A stretch of 64,000 bases of DNA from an uncultured Candidatus Actinomarina sp. (GTDB lineage: Bacteria; Actinomycetota; Acidimicrobiia; Actinomarinales; Actinomarinaceae). Numbering within the stretch: position 1 is the stretch's first letter; every line of letters starts with the position of its first letter. Of this stretch, positions 9,438-19,065 are shown piece after piece. The translations under genes were made by a program, and so were the position numbers. The stretch spans positions 32,369 to 96,368 of the forward strand of contig CACPJC010000003.1 of assembly GCA_902634185.1 (NCBI GenBank), in the 5' to 3' direction. The notes below the pieces were generated by a model that was given only the letters and a program-made list of their open reading frames with translations, had not been told where the DNA came from and ran no database searches.

Positions 9438-10097
9438 ATGGAATCTAATATTTATAAAATCCGGTATGCTTTGATTGCAGAATTTTTAGGTACATTTGTT
9501 TTAGTTTTTATTGGGTGTGGTTCTATTATCCTTTCAGAAATAATGGAATTCAATAAAATATTTATTCCTATATCTTTTGGAGGATCAATTGCATTTATGG
9601 TTTATATATTAGGTAAATATTCGGGGGCACATTTTAATCCAGGTGTAACAATAGGATTTTTGATTGATAAAAAAATTAAATTAACTGACGCTTTTTTATA
9701 TATTTCAATACAGTTGTTTGGAGCCTTAATTGCATCATACATTCACTTATTAATGTTTGGCTATAACAACTCATTGGGTTTAACTGTTAAAAATACTTCT
9801 GATTTAAATGCTTACTTGTTAGAAATCTTCTTTACATTCTTACTGATGACCGTAATATTTCTTGTTACAAAAAAACAAAACTATTATGATGGAATAGCAA
9901 TTGGTGGGATTGTTGCAATAAGTGCATTCTTGATTGGAGATCTTACTGGTGGTTCATTAAATCCAGCACGTAGTCTTGGACCAATGATTGTAAAAGGAAA
10001 TTTTTTAAGTTTAGATTTATATATACTTGGACCAATAGTTGGAGCATCCTTAGCTTCCCTTATTAAAAAATTTATTGAGCAACTAATCAAAAACTAA
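9438..10097 (+). CDS. MIP-family channel (aquaporin/glycerol facilitator)
   Basis: Six TM helices. First NPA-like box is SGAHFNPGV (an NPG variant). Second box is SLNPARSLGP. Confidence 0.8.
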   Translation: MESNIYKIRYALIAEFLGTFVLVFIGCGSIILSEIMEFNKIFIPISFGGSIAFMVYILGKYSGAHFNPGVTIGFLIDKKIKLTDAFLYISIQLFGALIASYIHLLMFGYNNSLGLTVKNTSDLNAYLLEIFFTFLLMTVIFLVTKKQNYYDGIAIGGIVAISAFLIGDLTGGSLNPARSLGPMIVKGNFLSLDLYILGPIVGASLASLIKKFIEQLIKN

Positions 10098-10099
10098 TA

Positions 10100-10894
10100 T
10101 TAGGTAGTTAATCTATCTTTGATTTCTTCCTTTTGAAAATTTTGATTTTTTAATATGATTCTTTTTACTTCTTCAGATTTTGTTGCCAGACAAACTACAT
10201 CTTCTTTAATTAAATCAATTTCATTGCCTTCTAAGTCACTTATTGTTCCTCCAATCTCTTTAAGGATTGGTTCATAAGGTAACCTATCATGAGGAAATGG
10301 TGCATAGAAAACTATTGCATCAAAATCTGAAAATCCAAGGGAAATGATATCTTTACAAAATTGTTGTTTAGTAATGTGGGTATGTAATTTAGAAAAATCA
10401 AAATTAGAAATTGATTTTTCAACATTTATATTTTTTTCTATCATTACTGAAATTTTCTTTGATGAAGAAATATCTAAAGTATGATCAAACGTCGCTCTAA
10501 TTAATTTATTTTTCATTACGGCAACATAGATATCTTGAATTGGACAGATTACAATTCCTGTGTCCAAAATAGTATTTTCGTATGAGGCAATTAAAGTCCC
10601 CCATTCTGGCCTTCTCTGAGAAAAAGCGGTTGTTCCATCAATTGGGTCTATAATCCAAACTCTTGAACTATTTCCTTTTGTAAAACCCAACTCTTCACCA
10701 AATATTGAGTCCTCTGGAAAATAATTGCTTAAAATTTCTCTTATATTCTTTTCAACTAATATATCTACATCTGTAACAATAGAACCATCATCTTTAATGC
10801 GAATATTATATGGTTTGTAAAAGCCATTGAGTGAGGTTTCATTTACCTTTTTTACTAATTCATCAACAAAATTATCAAATTTAAAACTGTACAT
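10100..10894 (-). CDS. inositol monophosphatase family protein (SuhB/HisN-like)
   Basis: WIIDPIDGTTAF metal-binding motif of the IMPase/FIG superfamily. Confidence 0.7.
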   Translation of the reverse strand: MYSFKFDNFVDELVKKVNETSLNGFYKPYNIRIKDDGSIVTDVDILVEKNIREILSNYFPEDSIFGEELGFTKGNSSRVWIIDPIDGTTAFSQRRPEWGTLIASYENTILDTGIVICPIQDIYVAVMKNKLIRATFDHTLDISSSKKISVMIEKNINVEKSISNFDFSKLHTHITKQQFCKDIISLGFSDFDAIVFYAPFPHDRLPYEPILKEIGGTISDLEGNEIDLIKEDVVCLATKSEEVKRIILKNQNFQKEEIKDRLTT

Positions 10895-10954
10895 AAATTA
10901 ATTCTAAAGTCAAAACCAAGTGAAAAAGTAAAATAAAGAATGCAAAAAGTAAAT

Positions 10955-11836
10955 TTATCTTAAACTTAGTATAAATCCATCCCTAATTCCTAATGGTGAG
11001 ATCTTAATTCTTTCTAAACTTAAAATCTCCAAGATAACATAAATAACATATATTCCTGAATATAAAACTTCTGCTCTATATTTATTAATGTACCCCAGAT
11101 TAATTAATTCATCTAAAGACATCATTTCAATTTTGTTTAAAGAATGAATAATATTTTCACGATTTAATTCATAAAGATATTCTCTATCTAGATTATTTCC
11201 ATTTGTAAAAACCTGGTATAAATTTCTTGCAGAACCTCCACAAAAAATAACATTATTTTTAAAGTACGTACTTTCTAAATTGGCAAATTGTTTTTCTATA
11301 AATTTTTTTGTACTCTTTTTTTCATCTTCAAAGTAAGGAGGGCCTCCAATTATATTTCTAATATCTGACGTACCAAATTTAAAACTTTTCACATTGTAAG
11401 CATTATTATTTCTTACGGTAAATTCAGTACTTCCACCACCAATATCGATAACAAGTTTTTCAGAATCATCGATTAATCTGTGAACAGCTTTATACGAAAA
11501 GGTACCTTCTTGTTCAGGTGTTAAAATTTTGCCATAAAGATTCAATTCAGATTTTAAATCATTAAAGGCATTTAATCCATTTTCAGCTCTTCTAAAAGGA
11601 CTTGTACCTAATATATTCCACTCGATAGACTGGTTAAATTTCTTATTTAAAAGATCAAGAACAGCTTTTAACTCTCTTGATAATTTTGTTATCTTCTTTT
11701 CTCTTAACAATCCATGCTTTGTAATTTCACGTCCAAGCAAAGGCCATAATTTGTCAGAAAATATTAATTCCTCATTCTCATAAATAGCAAACCTTGCTGA
11801 GTTCCCACCAATATCAATTACTCCATCAATAATAAT
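10955..11836 (-). CDS. ppx: Ppx/GppA exopolyphosphatase-family phosphatase, probable non-ATG (ATT) start
   Basis: IDIGGNSARF and IDIGGGSTEF match the Ppx/GppA N-domain. The conserved N-terminal motif lies upstream of the ORF-track start (TTG at 11740). The frame stays open to an in-frame TAA at 11837-11839 with no ATG, GTG or TTG before the motif. First codons are ATT ATT ATT, preceded by AAAGGA. Confidence 0.7.
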   Translation of the reverse strand: MIIDGVIDIGGNSARFAIYENEELIFSDKLWPLLGREITKHGLLREKKITKLSRELKAVLDLLNKKFNQSIEWNILGTSPFRRAENGLNAFNDLKSELNLYGKILTPEQEGTFSYKAVHRLIDDSEKLVIDIGGGSTEFTVRNNNAYNVKSFKFGTSDIRNIIGGPPYFEDEKKSTKKFIEKQFANLESTYFKNNVIFCGGSARNLYQVFTNGNNLDREYLYELNRENIIHSLNKIEMMSLDELINLGYINKYRAEVLYSGIYVIYVILEILSLERIKISPLGIRDGFILSLR

Positions 11837-11844
11837 TTATCCTT

Positions 11845-12315
11845 TTAAATTTTAAATAGCTTTGCAGATTTTAATTTTCCTTTTTTTATTTTTATCCACC
11901 AATACCCAGCTTTTGGAACCTCAAAATTTTTAACTTCTTTTTTGCTTAATTTATTTTTATTTAAATATTTTGACAAATCGTACATTGTATCTCCATGAGT
12001 TGAAAGGATTACAGTTTTTATCTTCTGCTCAAGTGCAAACTTTAGGGAGGATTCAAACGAACCGTTTTCATTGAGTGAATCTAAAATGTTAATTGGTTGA
12101 GAAGAGTTTTGACTTAATACTCCTACTGTTTCAGTGCATCTAGTTTTAGGAGAAGAAAAAATTAATAATGGAGCAACATCTTTAAATTTTTGTCCAATTT
12201 TATTTGCTTGAAGATTTCCCTTAGCACTTAGCGGTCTTAGAGAATCGTCACCAAACCATCTTTCCCTTTTCCCGGCATGTGCGTGTCTTATAAATATTAT
12301 ATTTTCTAATTCCAT
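11845..12315 (-). CDS. histidine phosphatase superfamily protein (SixA-like)
   Basis: N-terminal IFIRHAHAGKR (RHG-type catalytic His). C-terminal STHGDT motif. 156 aa. Confidence 0.65.
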   Translation of the reverse strand: MELENIIFIRHAHAGKRERWFGDDSLRPLSAKGNLQANKIGQKFKDVAPLLIFSSPKTRCTETVGVLSQNSSQPINILDSLNENGSFESSLKFALEQKIKTVILSTHGDTMYDLSKYLNKNKLSKKEVKNFEVPKAGYWWIKIKKGKLKSAKLFKI

Positions 12316-12316
12316 A

Positions 12317-14293
12317 TTATTTGTTTAACTTCTCTTGGATATTGTAGTTTCCATCTAATTTTTTCCATGTTCCATCATTTTTTAACGTCCATGAATACTT
12401 GTCAGACTTTATATATTTTTCTAAGAGACTACTGAGTTTCTTTTTTATTATCGGGCTTTTTATAGGTACTAATACTTCAATTCTATGTCTTAAGTTTCTT
12501 TGCATTAAATCTGCAGACCCTATATATATTTTTTCTATATCTGATTTTCCAAATTTATATATTCTTGAGTGTTCTAAAAAAGGACCAAGTATAGAAATAA
12601 CATTTATATTTTTAATTGGTATGAGACAACAAATTCCCCTTACTATAATATTTATCTGATTACCTGCATTAGCCGCATCATATAATTTTTGTATGATTAA
12701 TGGATCAGTAAGATTATTCAATTTTAAAACAATTTTTCCTTCTTCTCCTAAATCTATTTGTTCTTCAATTAATGAGTTAATATTTTTCTCTAAAGACTCA
12801 GGGGCTACTAGCAACTCATCAAGATTTTCTCTATCAGCATAAGCAGTTAACGAATTAAAAACTATTCCACAATCATTACCAATACTTTTATCAGATGTGA
12901 AAATGCCAATATCCTCATATCCCTTTGATGTTAAAACATTGTAATTACCTGTTCCAAAGTGCATATATGGTACTAATTCATTATTTTCTTCACGAACAAC
13001 TAAAATCATTTTGGTATGAGCTTTATATCTTGGATCTCCATACGTAACATGAACACCTGATTCTTCTAAGTATTCAGCATTCGAGATGTTTTGCTCTTCA
13101 TCGAACCGTGCTCTCAATTCAACTAAAACAGCAACTTGTTTACCTCCTCTCGCTGCACTTGCTAATAGGGATGTTATCTTATCGTTTTCAGCAGTTAAAC
13201 CAGTTCTATATTGTGTCATTTTTATGGCACGTACATATGGATCAAAACATGCTTTTTCTAAAAATCGCAAAACTGTTTTCTCAAATGAATCATAAGGATG
13301 ATGTACCATCACATCATTATTTTTAATAATTTCAAACATATCATTGCTAAATTCAAATTCAGTCTCATGTAATTTCCAACTTGTAGAAAATTCGATATGG
13401 TCTATCAAAGAATTAATTTGAAATCTAGTAAGTGGGTCCTTTAATTCTACTTGAAGGTCATAATCTATTTCTAAATTATTTTTTAAGTATTTTTGAGTTG
13501 TTACTGAAACTCCCTCTTGGATTTCTAATCTTACAATTTTTCCTAATTTTCTATTTTCTAATCCCTCTTTTACAACTTCCAGAAAATTTCGCTTTAAACT
13601 TGCTCTAAATTCTAAATCTGCATCACGAGTTGTTCTAAACCAAAACTTTTCAATAACTGTGTGTGGAAAAAACAGTTTATCAATATAGTGAAGAACCAAT
13701 TCATGTATCCATACAAGTTGTTCCTTATTTAAATTTAAAAATGAACCTAAACTTGCTGGGATTTTTATACGTATAAATTGATTATCTTCAAATTCGTTTT
13801 TGATGACTACGCCGATAGACAATGATAAATCAGAAATGTATGGAAATGGATGTGTAGGGTCTGCAGCCAAGGGAGTAAGGAGGGGTTTTATATTGTTATC
13901 AAAATAATCTTCTAAGATATCAAGCTCAGATTCAGTGAGGTCTTTCATCCTCTTAAAATTTACACCATGCTTTTCTAGATCTTTTACAAAATATTCTTTC
14001 CAAACTGTGTTTCTATTTATCATCTCCTTTTTAGCTTCTTCAAGAATATCTTTAAAATATACAAATGTTTCTTTCGAAATTGAAACATCCAGCTTTTGAT
14101 TAATAGTCTCGTAAACTTTTTCAAGCAATCCAGAAATTCGAATCTGAAAAAACTCATCTAAATTAGAATGTGTTATACCGAATAAAAATAAACGATCCTT
14201 GAAAGGAACACTGCTATCTTTTGATAAAGTTAATACTCTTTTGTTGAACTCTAACCAGGATGATTCACGATCAAGAAGATCTATATCTGTCAT
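12317..14293 (-). CDS. ppk: polyphosphate kinase 1
   Basis: 658 aa. PPK1 N-domain. PLD-like HxK motifs including YKAHTKMILVV. Confidence 0.9.
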   Translation of the reverse strand: MTDIDLLDRESSWLEFNKRVLTLSKDSSVPFKDRLFLFGITHSNLDEFFQIRISGLLEKVYETINQKLDVSISKETFVYFKDILEEAKKEMINRNTVWKEYFVKDLEKHGVNFKRMKDLTESELDILEDYFDNNIKPLLTPLAADPTHPFPYISDLSLSIGVVIKNEFEDNQFIRIKIPASLGSFLNLNKEQLVWIHELVLHYIDKLFFPHTVIEKFWFRTTRDADLEFRASLKRNFLEVVKEGLENRKLGKIVRLEIQEGVSVTTQKYLKNNLEIDYDLQVELKDPLTRFQINSLIDHIEFSTSWKLHETEFEFSNDMFEIIKNNDVMVHHPYDSFEKTVLRFLEKACFDPYVRAIKMTQYRTGLTAENDKITSLLASAARGGKQVAVLVELRARFDEEQNISNAEYLEESGVHVTYGDPRYKAHTKMILVVREENNELVPYMHFGTGNYNVLTSKGYEDIGIFTSDKSIGNDCGIVFNSLTAYADRENLDELLVAPESLEKNINSLIEEQIDLGEEGKIVLKLNNLTDPLIIQKLYDAANAGNQINIIVRGICCLIPIKNINVISILGPFLEHSRIYKFGKSDIEKIYIGSADLMQRNLRHRIEVLVPIKSPIIKKKLSSLLEKYIKSDKYSWTLKNDGTWKKLDGNYNIQEKLNK

Positions 14294-14985
14294 ACATTTT
14301 GTTTAAATTTAATTGAAAAAGTAGTGCCCTCACCTAGCAAACTGTCTAGTTCAATTGTCCCGTTATTCCTATCAACTGCATGTTTTACTATTGAAAGACC
14401 GATTCCTGTTCCACCTAAGTTTCTAGACCTGCCTTTATCAATTCTATAGAATCGTTCAAAGATTCTTTCTTGATCTTGTTGAGAGATTCCCTTACCTTTA
14501 TCTATTACTTTGAATAAAACATCTTCATCATCCTTCTTCAAATGAACTTCAATAGGAGTGTCTGGGTCAGAATAAGTAACTGCGTTACGTAATATATTTC
14601 GAACGATTAATGCAAAATCTTCTTGGTCAACATTTATATGAATATTTTCAATGTTTGCATTAAGTCTGGCTTGATCGTTTTCTTTTAAGTATGAAATTTC
14701 CATATTTACTATATTTTCAAGATCAGCAATTTCTAAATTTGGTTCATTTTGCTCAATTTTAGATAAATCAAGTAAATCACTGATAAGGAGTGACATTCGT
14801 TCACTGTTTCTAAGAATTTGTTTAATAAACTTTAATCCATCCTCTGTATTTCCATCATTTATAGCATTTAATGCTGTCTCTGCTGCTAGTTGGATAGACG
14901 TTATCGGAGTTTTCAACTCATGAGATGCATTTGCAACAAAATCTTCTCTTATTTTTTCAATATTTTGTTCTTGATTTTCATTCAT
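14290..14985 (-). CDS. sensor-less minimal histidine kinase (DHp + CA only, SenX3/PhoR-like)
   Basis: H-box NASHELKTPITS sits at residue about 20. N, G1 and G2 boxes (GGTGIGLSIV) are present. No TM, HAMP or PAS domain. 231 aa. Overlaps ppk by 4 nt and the response regulator by 8 nt. Confidence 0.8.
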   Translation of the reverse strand: MNENQEQNIEKIREDFVANASHELKTPITSIQLAAETALNAINDGNTEDGLKFIKQILRNSERMSLLISDLLDLSKIEQNEPNLEIADLENIVNMEISYLKENDQARLNANIENIHINVDQEDFALIVRNILRNAVTYSDPDTPIEVHLKKDDEDVLFKVIDKGKGISQQDQERIFERFYRIDKGRSRNLGGTGIGLSIVKHAVDRNNGTIELDSLLGEGTTFSIKFKQNV

Positions 14986-15670
14986 CTTCTACAAGTTTAT
15001 ATCCTACTCCTCTAACAGTTATTAATTTTTTAGGATCTTTTGGATTTTTCTCAATTTTTTCGCGAATTCTTTGTATATGTACATCAAGTGTTTTTGAATT
15101 ACCTATAAACGTATATCCCCATATTTCATCAAATATTTGTTCTCTAGACATTAAATTACCTTTATTCTCACAGAGAGCATAAAGAAGTTCAAATTCTCGA
15201 GGTCTCAAATTAATTTGTTTATCATTAACTTTTGCTTCATATTTACCAATGTCTATCTCAATATTTCCAACTTTTATTGCCTGTGATGATTTTTCATTCT
15301 TAGACATATCTGTCCTTCGTAGCACTGCCCTGACTCTGCTTAATAATTCTCTTACAGAAAATGGCTTTATAACATAATCGTCAGCACCGATTTCAAGTCC
15401 AGCAACTCTATCAGCTTCACTATCTTTAGCAGTAACCATAATTATTGGTATATCTGATGTTTTACGAATCGATCTACATATATCTAAACCAGAAATTTCT
15501 GGAAGCATCAAATCAAGAATAATTAAACTAAACTCTTCTTCCTGGAATAGCTCTAACGCAATAGGTCCTTCATCAACATGAGTTACAGAAAAACCCTCTT
15601 GTTTTAAGTTGTATGATATTGAGTCAGCAATACTATGCTCATCCTCTACTAAAAGGACTTTTTGCTTCAT
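14978..15670 (-). CDS. OmpR/PhoB-family response regulator (RegX3/PhoP-like)
   Basis: Receiver domain (LLVEDEHSIAD...DLMLP) plus winged-helix output domain (RPREFELLYAL...VRGVGYKL). Confidence 0.9.
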   Translation of the reverse strand: MKQKVLLVEDEHSIADSISYNLKQEGFSVTHVDEGPIALELFQEEEFSLIILDLMLPEISGLDICRSIRKTSDIPIIMVTAKDSEADRVAGLEIGADDYVIKPFSVRELLSRVRAVLRRTDMSKNEKSSQAIKVGNIEIDIGKYEAKVNDKQINLRPREFELLYALCENKGNLMSREQIFDEIWGYTFIGNSKTLDVHIQRIREKIEKNPKDPKKLITVRGVGYKLVEDE

Positions 15671-16311
15671 TAAAATTCTTTAAACTCTCCGGTAACCAAA
15701 AAGTGTGTGAGCTCACAAATATCAACTGCATGATCTCCACCCCTTTCTAGTGTTCGCATACAGGTAACAAGTCTAAATAATCCATTATACAAATCTTCAT
15801 TGCCAGCAATTTTTGGGGCTTCTTCTAGCATTGAGTTGTATAATCTATTTACTTGACTATCTTTTTCTGACGTTACTAGAGCTAAGTCTTTATCTCTGGT
15901 TTTTAAGCTTTCCATAGCTGATGATGCCATGTCAATTACTATATCTCCCATTTCAACAACTGTTGCATGGATAGACTCTGGTACAGGTGAATCAAAAATC
16001 TCTTTCGTCGTTTTTCCAAGATAGACAGCTAAATCACCAAGACGCTCTAAATGTAAACTGGCTTGTAAAATAGATGTAGAAAGTCTTAAGTCAGTGGCAA
16101 CAAGTTGCTCAGTGGCCATAAGTTCAATCCAGTCCTCATCAATCTTTAGGTAAGATTTATCAATTTCATCATCTTTTTCTATTGTTTCTATAGCTCTATT
16201 GACATCTTTATCCTCTAAAGCTCTTACGCCATCTACTAAAGAATCTAGTACAAGTCTTGCCATTAAATGTAAATCTGTCTCAAGATTGTCAATCTTGTCT
16301 TGTAAACTCAT
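15670..16311 (-). CDS. phoU: phosphate transport system regulator PhoU
   Basis: 213-aa two-repeat PhoU fold. Sits between pstB and the response regulator. Confidence 0.85.
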   Translation of the reverse strand: MSLQDKIDNLETDLHLMARLVLDSLVDGVRALEDKDVNRAIETIEKDDEIDKSYLKIDEDWIELMATEQLVATDLRLSTSILQASLHLERLGDLAVYLGKTTKEIFDSPVPESIHATVVEMGDIVIDMASSAMESLKTRDKDLALVTSEKDSQVNRLYNSMLEEAPKIAGNEDLYNGLFRLVTCMRTLERGGDHAVDICELTHFLVTGEFKEF

Positions 16312-17123
16312 CCAAACCTTCCAGATATATATTGTTCAGTTAATTCCTCATCAGGATTTGTAAACATGGTATTCGTTTCATTGAACTCAACTAATTCTCC
16401 AGTTCTTCTTTTGCCATCATCGGAGGTTTTAGTTGTAAAAAATGCACAATAATCAGAGGCTCTTGAGGCTTGCTGCATATTGTGCGTAACAATAAGAATT
16501 GAAAACTCTTTCACTAACTCTTGCATAAGGTCTTCTATTTTTTTTGTTGCTACAGGGTCTAATGCAGAGCAAGGCTCGTCCATTAAAATTGTATCTGGCT
16601 CAACTGCAATTGTTCTAGCAATACACAATCTTTGTTGCTGACCACCTGATAGCTCTAATGCATTTTTGTTTAAATCATCTTTTACTTCATCCCATAACGC
16701 TGCTTGAGTTAATGCCCTCTCTACTCTTTCATCCATATTGTCAGTCATGTTGTTGACTTTAAGCCCAAAGGTAATATTTTCTTTGATAGTTTTTGGGAAA
16801 GGATTTGGTTTTTGAAAAACCATTCCGATTCTTCTTCTCACTTGCACTGGATCAACCATTTTGTCGTATAAATCAACACCTTGATAATTTATTGTTCCAT
16901 TAACTTTTGCACCCAATATAAGATCATTCATTCTATTAAATGTTCTTATCAAAGTACTCTTTCCACAACCAGATGGGCCAATAAAAGCTGTAATTTTATT
17001 TTTAGAGATATCCATATTTACATTTTTGATAGCTACGAATTCTCCGTAGCTTACGGAGACATCTTTTACATTGAATACATTTTCATTGTTTACTTGAACT
17101 GTTTCTTTAGTTTCCATTCTCAT
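16308..17123 (-). CDS. pstB: phosphate ABC transporter ATP-binding protein
   Basis: Walker [10 protein letters not shown]. Signature [13 protein letters not shown]. PstB-type C-terminus. Confidence 0.9.
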   Translation of the reverse strand: MRMETKETVQVNNENVFNVKDVSVSYGEFVAIKNVNMDISKNKITAFIGPSGCGKSTLIRTFNRMNDLILGAKVNGTINYQGVDLYDKMVDPVQVRRRIGMVFQKPNPFPKTIKENITFGLKVNNMTDNMDERVERALTQAALWDEVKDDLNKNALELSGGQQQRLCIARTIAVEPDTILMDEPCSALDPVATKKIEDLMQELVKEFSILIVTHNMQQASRASDYCAFFTTKTSDDGKRRTGELVEFNETNTMFTNPDEELTEQYISGRFG

Positions 17124-17141
17124 TCTCCTTTATGATTTTCA

Positions 17142-18089
17142 CTAAAAATCTTTCTCATATCTGTTTCTTATAAATATTGCTATTGAATTCATTAATAATA
17201 ATAAACCTAGAAGTAAAATGATTCCAGCGGAAGCTGTCTCCTTCCACTCAGCTTGAGGATAACCAACCCAGTTATAAACTTGAATTGGAATAGCGGTAAA
17301 CCCACTTAAAGGAGTGTCTGGAAAATAATTAACATAAGTCAATGCACCCATAAAAATTAATGGTGCGGTCTCTCCAATTGCTCTTGAGAGCCCAAGGACC
17401 ATTCCAGTAACCATTCCTGGTATTGCAGAGGGAACAACCTGCCTAAAAACTGCTTGAAATTTAGTGGAACCTAGCGCCAATGCACCCTGGCGTATTGTAT
17501 CTGGAACAGCTTTAAGAGCCTCCCTAGATGCTACGATTACAACTGGAAGAATTAATAACGTTAATGTTAAACCTCCTGAAAGTACTGACCTTCCAAATCC
17601 AGCTAAACGAACAAAAACAGCTAATCCTAGTAAACCATAAATAACTGATGGAACTCCAGCCAAGTTTGTTAGATTTAATTCAATAAATCTTGTAAGCCTA
17701 TTTTTTGGAGCAAATTCTTGAAGATATATTGCTGCTCCTGCACCAAAAGGAAATGTTGCAGAAATAACTATTATCATTAACCATAATGTTCCAGCAAAAG
17801 CAGGTCCAATACCAGCTCTATCTGGATATCTTGAGTCTAAAGTTGTTAAAAAATCTCTCGGGTTATCAATTTGTATTTTTGTAATGAGGCCAACCTCGTA
17901 GTCTGATGTCAATCTTGTAGTCCCAGTAGAAAGAACATCATAGATTAAGGTCATCAAAGTTAAAATAGCAATCGTTACACAAATATAAAGAGTGAACAGA
18001 AACAAACTCTCCTTTATTGCATTTTCAGCTTTCTTGCCGGTTATAATTGTTTCGTTACTCATATTCTTTTCTGTACTTTCTAGCGACAT
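17142..18089 (-). CDS. pstA: phosphate ABC transporter permease PstA
   Basis: Polytopic permease carrying the EAA-like loop (LGSTKFQAVFRQVVP...). Follows pstC. Confidence 0.85.
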   Translation of the reverse strand: MSLESTEKNMSNETIITGKKAENAIKESLFLFTLYICVTIAILTLMTLIYDVLSTGTTRLTSDYEVGLITKIQIDNPRDFLTTLDSRYPDRAGIGPAFAGTLWLMIIVISATFPFGAGAAIYLQEFAPKNRLTRFIELNLTNLAGVPSVIYGLLGLAVFVRLAGFGRSVLSGGLTLTLLILPVVIVASREALKAVPDTIRQGALALGSTKFQAVFRQVVPSAIPGMVTGMVLGLSRAIGETAPLIFMGALTYVNYFPDTPLSGFTAIPIQVYNWVGYPQAEWKETASAGIILLLGLLLLMNSIAIFIRNRYEKDF

Positions 18090-18972
18090 AATCAGAAGCT
18101 ATATTCAAAATAAAAGTCATAATAAATAAAGTTATTCCAAGTGCGAATAAAGCATTATAAGCAGTGGTGCCATGAGGTGTATCACCAAGGGATACGTTTA
18201 CTATTGAGGAAGTGATCGTATACATTGCACTCCTAGGATCTAAATTTAATTCAGGATACTGCCCACCTGCAATAGTCACAATCATTGTTTCACCTATGGC
18301 TCTTGAAAAACCTAATATAAATGAAGCAATAATTCCAGATATTGCTGCAGGGAACATAATTTTAAGTGCTGTGATCCTCCTGGTAGAGCCAAGAGCTAAG
18401 GATCCATTCCTTAGAGAGTTTGGTACTGCATTAAGGGCATCATCAGAGATTGATGCAATTGTAGGTATTATCATTATTCCTACTGCAATACCTGCGGACA
18501 GAGCATTGAATACACCGGTACCTGGAATAAATCTTTGAATTATATTTGGCGTAATCCAGTTAAGTGCAAAATAACCAAATACCACTGTAGGAACTCCAGC
18601 CAAAACTTCTAAAACTGGTTTGATAACTTTTCTTGTTCTTTTTGTGGCAAACTCAGATAGGTAAATTGCAGAAAACAAACCTAATGGAAAAGAAATAAGA
18701 CACGCAATAACCGCAATATAAAGAGTTGAAGAGATTAAAACAATAACACCGTACTCAGGATTTTGAAACGTAGGTGTCCACCTAGTTGCAGTAAAATAGC
18801 CCTTTAAAGTTACAGCTGGATCTTGAAAAAAGTTAATGGCTTCAGTTAGTAAGGTAAAAACAATTGAAATTGATATTAGTATTGCTGCAAAAGCAGAGAC
18901 AGTTATAAAAAATTTTACTACTTTTTCAAAAGGTTTTATTGAGGTTTGAGATAATTCAGATAGTAGACTCAT
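18055..18972 (-). CDS. pstC: phosphate ABC transporter permease PstC
   Basis: Polytopic permease (LGSTRRITALKIMFPAA...). Lies between pstS and pstA. Confidence 0.85.
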   Translation of the reverse strand: MSLLSELSQTSIKPFEKVVKFFITVSAFAAILISISIVFTLLTEAINFFQDPAVTLKGYFTATRWTPTFQNPEYGVIVLISSTLYIAVIACLISFPLGLFSAIYLSEFATKRTRKVIKPVLEVLAGVPTVVFGYFALNWITPNIIQRFIPGTGVFNALSAGIAVGIMIIPTIASISDDALNAVPNSLRNGSLALGSTRRITALKIMFPAAISGIIASFILGFSRAIGETMIVTIAGGQYPELNLDPRSAMYTITSSIVNVSLGDTPHGTTAYNALFALGITLFIMTFILNIASDYVARKYRKEYE

Positions 18973-19018
18973 ATTTTGCTTTTTATTCTTTCTTTAACTT
19001 CTTCTTTAATTGTAGTTT

Positions 19019-19041
19019 GTGAGGGCCAATTAGGCCCTCAC
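19019..19041 (-). terminator. perfect 9-bp stem/5-nt loop hairpin between pstS and pstC (intercistronic attenuator candidate)
   Basis: GTGAGGGCC-AATTA-GGCCCTCAC in the 93-nt pstS-pstC spacer. Confidence 0.4.
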
Positions 19042-19065
19042 AAATTTACAAATAATTGAGGAGTT

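Noticed and set aside
12399-13326. Plus-strand ORFs inside ppk
   Set aside because: Antisense to a well-supported PPK1 frame. AT-rich hydrophobic translations typical of shadow ORFs.
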